Source of the DNA: Nostoc punctiforme PCC 73102
GTDB taxonomy: Bacteria > Cyanobacteriota > Cyanobacteriia > Cyanobacteriales > Nostocaceae
Direction: 5' to 3'
Length of the DNA stretch: 32,000 bases
Assembly: GCF_000020025.1 (NCBI RefSeq)
Contig: NC_010628.1
Span: forward strand, 6,780,001-6,812,000
The position numbers and the translations under genes are program-made. Below the pieces are notes generated by a model. It made no database searches and was not told the DNA's origin. It worked only from the letters and a program-made list of their open reading frames with translations. Below, piece by piece: positions 9,196-18,541 of the stretch (positions are counted from its first letter, which is position 1; every line of letters starts with the position of its first letter).

Positions 9196-9637
9196 CTCGA
9201 TGAAAAACGACAGTCATTCAAGCCTACAGTGTCACAATAACTACCTCTGTTCAATCAGTGACACTAGCAAGATTCATCGCATATTAAATCGGTCAGGTCT
9301 TTTGGTTATTGGACTACGACCAGTATTCCCGTTCCACAGAATAATTATCTCATTCTAGTTACCACTAGCAAGCGATTTTTCTATTATTCTCCAAATTTGT
9401 GTTTAGACAAAGAAATGACAAAACTACCCAGCATTGATGAGTTGAGACTCTCACAATCTAGACATGTAAGGAAGTAAGTGGTGTGAGGGTGAGCGATCGC
9501 AACGGTGGAGTATTTTTGTACCTTATAAACGTGAAATCTGCTGTATAAGTCGAAGAGTTAAGCTGATTTTATAATGCTTTATTTTACGCCAATCCAAAAT
9601 TACTTGACTTTTCCTGCAAAGGTAGCAGGTTGTCAAA

Positions 9638-12394
9638 TTAATTCTTTGGAGACTGCGCTTGGATTAAGCAATTTCTCAATGTTTCGGCTAAAACCTGTAC
9701 ATGCGGTTCATTAAATAGGTTATGGTGAGCTCCAGAAATGTGATGGATATCTAATCCTCCAGCAACTAGGTCGCCCCAGCCGAATTGAGGATCGTATTGT
9801 GTGCCTATAGCTTCGTCCCGACTCTGATCGTCTGCTCGCAACAGAACAGCTCTACCAAGGTAAGGTAAAAAGATATATTCACTCATGGCTTGAGTATTAG
9901 CATCCATAATCTTTAAGTGTTTATCATTTACAGGTAAATCAATTACCCCTTTCAAGTAACGCTGATATCTATTTAGGATATGCTGCTTACGCCAACTAGT
10001 CCATTTCACAGTCCTTTGCCAAAGATATGCAGGCCCTTGTTGAACTATATTATTTAAATGCAAAAACACTCGCTTCAGAAATGGTGCCTGCCAACTATAA
10101 CCTGGACGACAACTATCAAGCATAACTAGAATACCAACTTGTTGACCTTGTTCCTGGAGTTGCCGAGCCATCTCAAAAGCAACTACACCCCCAAAAGAAT
10201 AGCCTCCCAGAAAATAAGGCCCATTGGGTTGAATGGTCTGGATTTCTTGAATGTAATGAGTTGCCATGTCTTCTACCCGCGTATACAAGGGCTGTTTTCC
10301 ATCTAGTCCTTGTGGCTGTAGTCCATAGAATGGTTGGTCTAACCCCAAATGCAATGCTAATTCACGGAAACACAAGATTTCTCCACCGAGTCCGTGAATA
10401 CAGAAAAAAGGTGGCTTGGAACCATTGGGTTGAATTTCTACGAGGGATGACCAGCTAGATTTTGATTTGTCTAAGATATTTACTGAAGCCAAGTTTCTTA
10501 CTAAATCTTCTTCTTGAGAGATTATTTTAGCTAGAGCCTCTACAGTCCCTGACTGAAAGAGAATGGCAAGAGGAAGATTTTTACTAAAAATCTTCTCAAT
10601 TTGCCAAAATAGTTTTACTGCCAAGATGGAGTTTCCTCCTATCTCAAAGAAGTTATCCTTTACGCCAATGGGTTGGACACCTAAAATCTGTTCCCAAATC
10701 TGTGTTATCTCGCGTTCCACTTCATTACGGGGAGCAACAAAAGTAACTTCCGATTCTCGCCTTGATAAATCGGGTGCAGGTAAAGCACGGCGGTCTATTT
10801 TACCATTAGGGTTTAATGGTAGAGTGTCTAAAAATACAAAGTAAGCAGGCACCATATATTCAGGTAGCTGACTTTGCAAAAAGCGGCGTAATTCAACTCG
10901 ACTAGGAATTTGCTCTGCACTAGCAACAATATAAGCCACGAGTTGTTTGTCACCATTAACATCATCTCTAGCGATGACTAGAGTCTGTGTCAGTGCAGGA
11001 TGTTGACCTAATATCGCTTCAATTTCTCCCAATTCAATTCGGAAGCCACGAATCTTTACTTGGTCGTCAATGCGACCAAGGAATTCGATATTCCCATCGC
11101 TTAAGTAACGTGCCAAGTCCCCAGTTTTGTAAAGACGTGCCCCAGGTTCAGAGCTAAAAGGGTTGAAAATAAACTTATCTATAGTCAATTCTGGACGGTT
11201 AAGATAGCCTCGTGCCAAACCAATACCACCAATGTGCAGTTCACCTGATTCACCAGCAGGCACAGGCTGCAAATTGTCATCAAGAATGTGAATCTCTGCA
11301 TTGGTAATGGGACGACCAATGGGAGCAATGGTAGAATTAGTGCCGCGCTGACAAGTCCAGAAAGTGGTATCAATAGAGGCTTCTGTCGGGCCATAGCAAT
11401 TATAGAGAACATTGTCCAAACCCAGTTTGGCAAAAAAGCGTTCTATGAGTTCGCCAGGTAAAGCTTCACCACCACAGGTAATATGCCTTAGAAATGGGCA
11501 ATTCTCAATTCCCTTTTCTTCTAGTAAGATACGCAGTATAGAAGGTACTAAGGCCAAGACAGTGATTTGCTGCTCAGTAATGACCTTCACAAGGTATGCA
11601 GTGTCTTGATGTCCACCGGGGCGAGCCACGGTCAATTGCCCTCCGAAGCACAATGGCCAGAATATCTGCCACACTGAGGGATCGAAGCTAAAAGAAATAG
11701 TCAGTAAAACCTTATCTGCCTGAGTTAATCTAAAGGTTTTTTGCCGCCAGTACAGTTGGTTGCAAATTCCACGGTGAGGGATCATTACACCCTTGGGCTG
11801 TCCTGTAGAACCAGATGTGTAGATTACGTAGATGAGATTATCACCTGCCGTTTGATTGACAGGATTTTCTTGACTGTTTTGGATATTCCCTTGCCAATTT
11901 GAGTCAAGACAAACCACCTGTGCTTGATGCGGTGGTAAGTTATTGAGCAATTTTTCTTGTGTTAACAACACTGGTGTCTGGGTGTCTTCCAAGATGAAGG
12001 CTAAACGCTCTGAGGGATATGCCGGATCTAAAGGCACATAAGCACCTCCAGCTTTGAGAATTCCCAGTAATCCTACGATCATCTCCAAGGAGCGCTCTAG
12101 GCAAATGCCCACAAGTACTTCAGGACCAACGCCTAAAGCACGTAGGTGATGTGCTAGTTGATTAGCCTGCTGATTTAACTGCCAATAAGTAAGTTGTGTA
12201 TTTTCAAATATTACAGCAATGGACTGAGGCGATCGCTCAACTTGCATCTCAAACATTTGGTGGATGCACAAATCTTGATAACGATCTATTTCAAAATAAT
12301 TCCATTCCTGTATAACTTGAGTATCGACGATGTTAGTTAAGGTGTTTAAGGGAATATTTTGCTTACACTCTGAAATTTGCCTATTTATCTGCAT
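9638..12394 (-). CDS. Single-module nonribosomal peptide synthetase, A-T-TE (adenylation, peptidyl carrier and thioesterase domains; no condensation domain)
   Basis: 918 aa. Adenylation core motifs: LTYWQLN (A1), LKAGGAYVPLDP (A2), YVIYTSGSTGQPKG (A3), FDPSV (A4), NCYGPTE (A5). Further motifs: GELHIGGIGLARGYLNRPELT (A6), YKTGDLARY (A7), GRIDDQVKIRGFRIELGEIE (A8), LPEYMVP (A9), NGKIDR (A10). The carrier motif is FFEIGGNSILAVKL. The thioesterase has FFCIHGLGGE, the nucleophile elbow GYSFGG and a C-terminal GAHHNLF. Only about 45 residues precede A1. Confidence 0.92.
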   Translation of the reverse strand: MQINRQISECKQNIPLNTLTNIVDTQVIQEWNYFEIDRYQDLCIHQMFEMQVERSPQSIAVIFENTQLTYWQLNQQANQLAHHLRALGVGPEVLVGICLERSLEMIVGLLGILKAGGAYVPLDPAYPSERLAFILEDTQTPVLLTQEKLLNNLPPHQAQVVCLDSNWQGNIQNSQENPVNQTAGDNLIYVIYTSGSTGQPKGVMIPHRGICNQLYWRQKTFRLTQADKVLLTISFSFDPSVWQIFWPLCFGGQLTVARPGGHQDTAYLVKVITEQQITVLALVPSILRILLEEKGIENCPFLRHITCGGEALPGELIERFFAKLGLDNVLYNCYGPTEASIDTTFWTCQRGTNSTIAPIGRPITNAEIHILDDNLQPVPAGESGELHIGGIGLARGYLNRPELTIDKFIFNPFSSEPGARLYKTGDLARYLSDGNIEFLGRIDDQVKIRGFRIELGEIEAILGQHPALTQTLVIARDDVNGDKQLVAYIVASAEQIPSRVELRRFLQSQLPEYMVPAYFVFLDTLPLNPNGKIDRRALPAPDLSRRESEVTFVAPRNEVEREITQIWEQILGVQPIGVKDNFFEIGGNSILAVKLFWQIEKIFSKNLPLAILFQSGTVEALAKIISQEEDLVRNLASVNILDKSKSSWSSLVEIQPNGSKPPFFCIHGLGGEILCFRELALHLGLDQPFYGLQPQGLDGKQPLYTRVEDMATHYIQEIQTIQPNGPYFLGGYSFGGVVAFEMARQLQEQGQQVGILVMLDSCRPGYSWQAPFLKRVFLHLNNIVQQGPAYLWQRTVKWTSWRKQHILNRYQRYLKGVIDLPVNDKHLKIMDANTQAMSEYIFLPYLGRAVLLRADDQSRDEAIGTQYDPQFGWGDLVAGGLDIHHISGAHHNLFNEPHVQVLAETLRNCLIQAQSPKN

Positions 12395-12468
12395 TTTCTA
12401 TGTACCAACTCCATAAGGAGATGCCATTGTTTTAATTTATTCTTTATTGTATATGCGTTTATATCAAA

Positions 12469-13438
12469 TTTTATGCGAGGCTGTACATTAAGGATATCAG
12501 CATAAAAGCCCGAAATTGTAAAAACAAAACCTAGCTTTGCTTCAGGCGAGACTTTGGGCAAACAGTTTATAGGTTTTCGTACACAGGCAAATCATATATA
12601 TTTTCAAAGATAATTTGTATTTCAAGCTCTGTAGCTAATCGATTTATATTTAACGTGTAAATCACCATTATTACCAAACGCTTTAATTTAAAATGAAAAT
12701 TTTTAAATGACATTAAAATAAAAATATCATTATTGCATTGTTTAGGTACAGCAAAGGATAGATATTCTATTACAGTTTACTTTTAGTTAAAAAATTAAGC
12801 TTTTTTACTCTACATAAATAGATATACCAAATACAATACTGAAGAAACTCTATCTTTTTTTATGCGAATTTGTTAAGATAAAAAATAATTATTACCGAAT
12901 CTTCATTGTGTTTCTTAATATGTAAAAATACTGTGAAGCCATAAGTATGATTTGTTTAAATAATTAAGTAGCAGTCATGAACTGTATATACTAAAAACAT
13001 ATGAGAAAGGGAGTGATGACTCAGGACTATAACAATCCGAATGGAAATGTGAGAACATACGGTGATTAAAAGTACATTTTTAATGGATCTCGGCGATTTA
13101 TTTTATGCAAAGTCTTGTAGTATTTTTTGCTTGGGGTTCCGTATTTTCAAATCAGGTCTGCATAAAAACTTATCATCGGCATAAAGATACTGTAGAAAAA
13201 AGACTCATGAGATGAAAATATCTATAATGCAGAGATAACAAGGCTCACAGAGAGATTTTGTTCATTTATTAGAATTTATTTTCATTAATCTGTTACAAAA
13301 TTTTCTAAAGATGGCCATGAGACTGACACAAGTTAAACCACGAGAACCGCTATGTAAATTTTTGTAACAATATTCAAATTTTTGATGCGTTTCGTTATAT
13401 GTTATGTGTGTAAGTTTTGTTAATTAAGTAATTATGCG
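12469..13438. promoter_or_regulatory. Cluster of TTTTATGC / GCATAAAA octamers in the divergent NRPS-EPS intergenic region (candidate protein-binding sites)
   Basis: Exact copies lie at 12469-12476, 12858-12865 and 13101-13108 (forward) and at 12500-12507 and 13160-13167 (reverse). Near copies lie at 13179-13186 (GCATAAAG) and 13431-13438 (ATTATGCG). There are two inverted pairs: 12469/12500 with a 23-nt spacer, and 13101-13109/13159-13167 (9 bp) with a 49-nt spacer. Confidence 0.35.
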
Positions 13439-13974
13439 TAAAAAACAGAGAACTTCTAAGCAAAGCTAAGTTCATCTAGCTAGATATGCTACAGTAGTTC
13501 GCGAAGGAACATAATTGTCTCATAGAAGTAAAACTCTGCAATCGAACTGTAAAAACTCAGTTCAACTGTTACGCCTTTTTAAAAGCCTAATATCTTTACC
13601 TGAACTACTTGTATTATTAATCTCATGTCAGGAATTTTATTAAGGTATTAAGAAGTTAACTCACTAGAAAATCATTTTTTGCGTTCAAAACTCAAAATAT
13701 CCAGACTAAACTGAATCATAACCTGCAACAAAAGCTAAATATCTGGGCAGTAAATTTCCTCAAGCCGATCCTAGAATATGCTTTTGATCGAAAAATTCAA
13801 GTTACTCCAAACAAAATATTTAATTAATAATATATTTAAACTACAAAGAATAAGCTTCTTTGAAATAAAAATGTGGGATGTCTCACTTGCCTGGCTATTA
13901 AGTTCCCATCAAATTTTACATATACCAAGTGTTACTAACTATGAGTAATCAAAGCATTACAACAAATAAATTCA

Positions 13975-15384
13975 GTGAAGTACCTTTGGATTTACGTGCA
14001 TCTGGATTCTGTTAGGGTGCGCAAAGGTTCATGGTGGTTGAGACTAATAACATTGTTTTTAGTAGACTATATCCTTTTATCCTTAGCTTGGATTTTAGCT
14101 GGATACAAATCTTTTTATGGAAATTTTTCTTGGTATCTACCGAGTCATTACTTGCCGATTTTAATAACTATTGGTATTCAAATAGGCTCACTGGCTATAG
14201 AAGGTATTTATCGAGAAGGCCAAAAGCGCTATGACTATTTGAACATTATTAAATCGCTAACTTTTGCTCATGGTTTAATACTTTTTGCTTGTTTTTTATA
14301 TCAACCAGTTGTTGATATTACACGCCCAAAATCAATATTATTATCTTGGCTTCTAAGTATATTATTTATTTGCACTGGTAGATACGCTGTAAATGTTACT
14401 CTTGAGTATCTACGTAAGCAGAAAAAAATAGTTCGTTCTTCTGTCTTCATTATTTGTGATCCTCAAGACCATGAGCAGATTGCTAGCTTTATTAAAAAAG
14501 AAAAGCACTATATTGTATCTGGAACTGCTCATGCTAATTCATTAGACAGATATCAGCGTCAAAAAACATTGAATCAACTTAATGAATTAGGTGTAACAGA
14601 GGTTTTTATATCTTGGGATGCTCTAAAAAATAGAATGTTTTTATGCTGGTTATTTCAAGCATCTGGTATTCAAGTACATATTTTACCGATGGAATTAAAA
14701 CCAATTTATAAAAATGTAGAATTTAATAAAATAGGTGGAATGCCTTGTCTGAGCTTGGATTGTCCAATAATTACAGGTAAGGATTTTTGGATAAAACGTA
14801 GTTGTGATTTCTGTTTTGCGACTTTATTTGTAATGTTATCATTTCCGATTTATGTAGCTATAGCTATAGCTATAAAACTGGACTCTCCTGGCACAGTATT
14901 TTACAGGCAAACCCGTATAGGTCTACATGGTCAACAGTTCAAAGTATGGAAATTCAGAACTATGAGGTCGGATGCAGAAAAATTGCAGAAAGAATTAGAA
15001 GCTTTAAATGAAACAAAAGATGGAATTATCTTTAAAATTAAAGATGACCCTCGTATTACTCGTGTTGGAAAATTTCTTCGACGTTATAGCTTAGACGAAT
15101 TACCTCAACTTTTTAACGTTATCTTTGGAGAAATGAGTATAGTAGGTCCTCGCCCATTACCTACTAGAGATGTAGATAAGTTTTCTGAACATCATTTTAT
15201 TCGACATGAAGTCTTGCCTGGTATTACAGGTCTTTGGCAAGTCTCAGGTCGCTCAGACATTGTGGATTTTGAACAAGTGATAAATCTTGATCTTAACTAC
15301 ATTGAAAATTGGTCTCTTGGCTTAGATTTTGAAATTTTACTCAAAACAGTTATGGTGGTTTTGAAAAAAGAAGGTGCCTACTAA
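13975..15384 (+). CDS. Initiating polyprenyl-phosphate sugar-1-phosphate transferase (large WbaP/WcaJ-type bacterial sugar transferase)
   Basis: 469 aa with N-terminal transmembrane helices and a central soluble domain. The C-terminal catalytic domain contains PGTVFYRQTRIG, FKVWKFRTM, DPRITRVGKFLRRYSLDELPQL, GEMSIVGPRP and GITGLWQVSGRS. The start is uncertain: GTG at 13975, GTG at 14017, or a frameshifted ATG at 13941. Confidence 0.9.
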   Translation: MKYLWIYVHLDSVRVRKGSWWLRLITLFLVDYILLSLAWILAGYKSFYGNFSWYLPSHYLPILITIGIQIGSLAIEGIYREGQKRYDYLNIIKSLTFAHGLILFACFLYQPVVDITRPKSILLSWLLSILFICTGRYAVNVTLEYLRKQKKIVRSSVFIICDPQDHEQIASFIKKEKHYIVSGTAHANSLDRYQRQKTLNQLNELGVTEVFISWDALKNRMFLCWLFQASGIQVHILPMELKPIYKNVEFNKIGGMPCLSLDCPIITGKDFWIKRSCDFCFATLFVMLSFPIYVAIAIAIKLDSPGTVFYRQTRIGLHGQQFKVWKFRTMRSDAEKLQKELEALNETKDGIIFKIKDDPRITRVGKFLRRYSLDELPQLFNVIFGEMSIVGPRPLPTRDVDKFSEHHFIRHEVLPGITGLWQVSGRSDIVDFEQVINLDLNYIENWSLGLDFEILLKTVMVVLKKEGAY

Positions 15385-15479
15385 CTCGACTTTATCCTTT
15401 TTCTTGAACCATCAATGTTGAAGGAAAAACCTTTTTGATGTTCATCGGTCAGAAGCAACATGAAAAAGAATTATTAAAA

Positions 15480-15514
15480 AACTAGGTTTTTTGCTAGATA
15501 AATAAAACCTAGTT
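15480..15514 (+). terminator. Hairpin downstream of the sugar-transferase gene
   Basis: AACTAGGTTTT (15480-15490) and AAAACCTAGTT (15504-15514) form a perfect 11-bp stem with a 13-nt loop, 95 nt after the stop. There is no clean U-tract. Confidence 0.3.
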
Positions 15515-15779
15515 GTTCATTTCTAATAATGTCAAACAGAAAAACAAAATTATAGTAGGCAGTTAAGAACTATAATGGTTACGTGTTGATATAAATATTG
15601 ATTGCGAATTGAATTAATATTGTTCTGCTTTCCTAATTGATTGATTAACTGTTAATGATGCTCGCTAAGAGTCTGAAATGATATCTTTTTGTAACAAAAA
15701 TTTATTTAAAAAGTAAATTTACGAAATAAATAGTCATTAGTGATTTAAAACGAATTAAGCTGAATTAATAATTTTAAGA

Positions 15780-17207
15780 ATGGTAGAAAAATACAAATTT
15801 ATAAGTAATTCCATCTCAATGATAGTCAATAGGCTAGCACAAAGCATTACGGCTTTTGTGTTAACCGCTGCTATTGCTCGGACTTTAGGAGCTGAGGCTT
15901 TAGGGCAGTATTTACTAGCCTATAGCTACTACTTTATATTTGTGGGCATTGCTTCACAGGGGCTAAAGACATTGTTTACCAGAGAACTAGCCCGTGAGCC
16001 ACAAAATTCATCAGTTTATTTAATTAGTGGTACCTGGCTACAGTTAATATTTAGTTTGTTCAGTTATGGGGCATTAGTGATTGTAGTCTTTTTACTTCCC
16101 TATAGTTCCACAACCTCCACTCTTTGCTACATCATGGGTTTGACGATCATTCCCTTTGCACTTTCCAATATCACAGAGGCAATTTTTCAAGCTCAAGAAA
16201 AGATGCATCTTATTGCTATCTCCACAGTACCAGTGTATATCCTACGCCTAATAATAATGATTTGGGCGATGCAACTGAAATACGATATTGGATATTTGGG
16301 GGCGATACTATTCTCTTCAGAAACAGTAATTCTAATAGTTGAATGGATTTTTATTATACGATTAGTCAAAATTAAATGGCAAATTGATATAAATTTTGTA
16401 CTTAAGACAATCAAAAGTGCACGCACATTTTTTGCTATTGAAGGAATAGCTGTAGTAACTGGTCGGATTCAAATTTTGATTCTTTCCTTGTTAGGAAATG
16501 AGTTCTTAGTGGGTCTTTTTGGTGGAATATCACAATTGCTACAACCCTTTTCAATTATTGCTAACAGCATAATTTTAGCAATGTTTCCCAGATTTTCAAA
16601 GGCAGTAGATCAAGGACGAGAAAAGCAGAGGCAAATAGCAGAAAATATTATTGAAATTCTCCTGATTATGGCGTTACCCTTATTTATTGGATTATTATTT
16701 TTTGGAAAAGATTTACTAACTTTTGTCTATGATTCTAGCTTTGCTCAAGCCAATTTAGCCCTTCGCTTAAGTGCTATATCACTGATTTTTGTGCCCTTTA
16801 TCCGCTCACTTTCCTATCTACTTGTAGCCAATGGTTTTGAGATAGTTAACCTGCGTGAAGTGGTCATTACCACTATATTTGGAAGCTTGGGAGGTGTAGC
16901 ATTAGTTTCTCGCTATCAGTTACTAGGTGCAGCTTTAATGGTATTATTAATGACTATTCTGGGCTTTAGCCAGTATACTTATTTCACCTATACTCGCCTA
17001 TTCTCATTAAATTTATGGCGAATTATGCGCCGACCCTTACTAATAAGCTTTTTGTTGATACCTGTATTTATATTATTGCAAAAAATTAGCTTAGATTTCA
17101 TATTCACTTTGCTTATTGCAACTTGTGTCTATAGTTTATTTGTGATTTATCTAGGTATTCGTGCGTTTGGCGGTTTTCGCTTTTTGTGGGTAAAACTTTT
17201 AGGATAA
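15780..17207 (+). CDS. Wzx-type oligosaccharide flippase (MOP-superfamily polysaccharide biosynthesis protein)
   Basis: 475 aa, hydrophobic throughout with roughly 12-14 predicted helices. It has an N-terminal NRLAQSITAFVLTAAIARTLGAEALGQY pattern typical of Wzx/RfbX-type flippases, and it sits between the initiating transferase and the glycosyltransferases. Confidence 0.8.
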   Translation: MVEKYKFISNSISMIVNRLAQSITAFVLTAAIARTLGAEALGQYLLAYSYYFIFVGIASQGLKTLFTRELAREPQNSSVYLISGTWLQLIFSLFSYGALVIVVFLLPYSSTTSTLCYIMGLTIIPFALSNITEAIFQAQEKMHLIAISTVPVYILRLIIMIWAMQLKYDIGYLGAILFSSETVILIVEWIFIIRLVKIKWQIDINFVLKTIKSARTFFAIEGIAVVTGRIQILILSLLGNEFLVGLFGGISQLLQPFSIIANSIILAMFPRFSKAVDQGREKQRQIAENIIEILLIMALPLFIGLLFFGKDLLTFVYDSSFAQANLALRLSAISLIFVPFIRSLSYLLVANGFEIVNLREVVITTIFGSLGGVALVSRYQLLGAALMVLLMTILGFSQYTYFTYTRLFSLNLWRIMRRPLLISFLLIPVFILLQKISLDFIFTLLIATCVYSLFVIYLGIRAFGGFRFLWVKLLG

Positions 17208-17287
17208 CAGTAACTTTTCTGTATATCAGTACAAAATACTACTATTAAGTAATCCAAATTTGTTGAATAAGTAAATATAATTTTAAT

Positions 17288-18388
17288 ATGATTAAAGTTG
17301 CCCTATTACATTTTGGCTTTGAAGACTACACCATTGAATTAGCAAATAGTCTGAGTAAATATGTTGATTTAACGCTAATTAACCCGAAAAAGCTATCAGA
17401 TGTATGCGGTGATGCTTTTGATCCCAGTATTCGTGTCGTTAGCTTTAAAAAACCACGGATTCGCGACCCGCGTAATCTGTTGTCTATGAACGCTATGATG
17501 CGTATTATCAAAGATATACAGCCAGATGTTTTACATGTGCAAGAAACTAACGATCCTTGGTATGATTGGACGTTGTTACTCAACAAGATGCCACCATTAG
17601 TAACAACTATCCATGATGTGTTCCGTCACCCAGGGGATAAGGTGGCTGTATTTGGTTCAGAGTATACTCGGCGTATCGCCTTCTACCGTTCCCAACAATT
17701 GATTGTCCATACTCATCAACTAAAAAAGATTCTAATTGAACAATTTAATTTACCTGAAGGGCGAGTCAATGTTATCCCACATGGAGAACTTGGTAGTTTG
17801 TATCAGCACCGGGGCGATCGCAGTAATCAGCCTCGCGATCCAAATACGTTGCTATTTTTTGGACGCATCTGGCCCTATAAAGGATTGAAATATTTGCTTG
17901 AGGCTATGCCCTTAATTGCTGAATGTGTACCTGAAGTTAAGCTGATTATTGCTGGAAGGGGAGAAAATATCAAGGAGTATTTCCCTAATGGTTATGATGA
18001 GAACCGCTACGAGATTATCAATAGACTAATCCCTCTTGAAGAAGTAAGTAATCTATTTCAACGCAGCACAGTAACAGTTCTGCCATATATCGAAGCGTCC
18101 CAAAGTGGTGTAGCAGCTTTATCTTATGGAATGGGGACGCTGGTTGTAGCTTCTGATGTAGGTGGATTGAGTGAGATAGTTCAGCATAAAAAGGATGGCT
18201 TATTAGTTCCACCCCGTGATGTTCGAGCTCTAGCTGATGCCATTATTTGTTTGTTAAGCGATCGCGACTTGCAACAAAAAATGCAAACTGCGGCACTAGC
18301 CCGTTGCCAGCAAGATTTAAATTGGTCAAATATTGCTGCTCAAACTGTGGAAGTTTATCAAAAAACTATGAAACCTATACATCAGTAA
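17288..18388 (+). CDS. Glycosyltransferase, GT4 family (GT-B fold)
   Basis: 366 aa. The C-terminal half has LLFFGRIWPYKGLKYLLEA, KLIIAGRG and VTVLPYIEASQSGVAALSYGMGTLVVASDVGGLSEIV, the GT4 nucleotide-sugar binding region. Confidence 0.85.
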   Translation: MIKVALLHFGFEDYTIELANSLSKYVDLTLINPKKLSDVCGDAFDPSIRVVSFKKPRIRDPRNLLSMNAMMRIIKDIQPDVLHVQETNDPWYDWTLLLNKMPPLVTTIHDVFRHPGDKVAVFGSEYTRRIAFYRSQQLIVHTHQLKKILIEQFNLPEGRVNVIPHGELGSLYQHRGDRSNQPRDPNTLLFFGRIWPYKGLKYLLEAMPLIAECVPEVKLIIAGRGENIKEYFPNGYDENRYEIINRLIPLEEVSNLFQRSTVTVLPYIEASQSGVAALSYGMGTLVVASDVGGLSEIVQHKKDGLLVPPRDVRALADAIICLLSDRDLQQKMQTAALARCQQDLNWSNIAAQTVEVYQKTMKPIHQ

Positions 18389-18541
18389 AAATATACTCGC
18401 TATACTGCCCTTTAACGAACATAATAATTACCCATTACTAAACAAAGTATTTGGCAAAATAAACTAAGACTACCAATCACCAATCTCTGAATTGCTTAAT
18501 ATATTGTTTATATGTATATACAATGATGTATTTTATAAAAA

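Noticed and set aside
9026-9217. 63-aa ORF directly upstream of the reductase gene
   Set aside because: It spans the long inverted repeat (9069-9195). Its translation has no features of a real protein, and it would overlap the reductase start. It is better explained as a non-coding structured element.
12395-13974. NtcA-type sites (GTA-N8-TAC) in the 1.58-kb intergenic region
   Set aside because: I found only half-matching GTA-N8-TAA sequences (for example around 13353, 13410 and 13428), which are expected by chance in AT-rich DNA, and no suitably spaced -10 box.
14007-14019. Programmed +1 ribosomal frameshift at UGU-UAG-G joining the uORF to the transferase frame
   Set aside because: The P-site codon UGU cannot re-pair in the +1 frame (GUU), and there is no stimulatory Shine-Dalgarno-like element at the right distance as in prfB. 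An alternative GTG start or a simple indel is more parsimonious.
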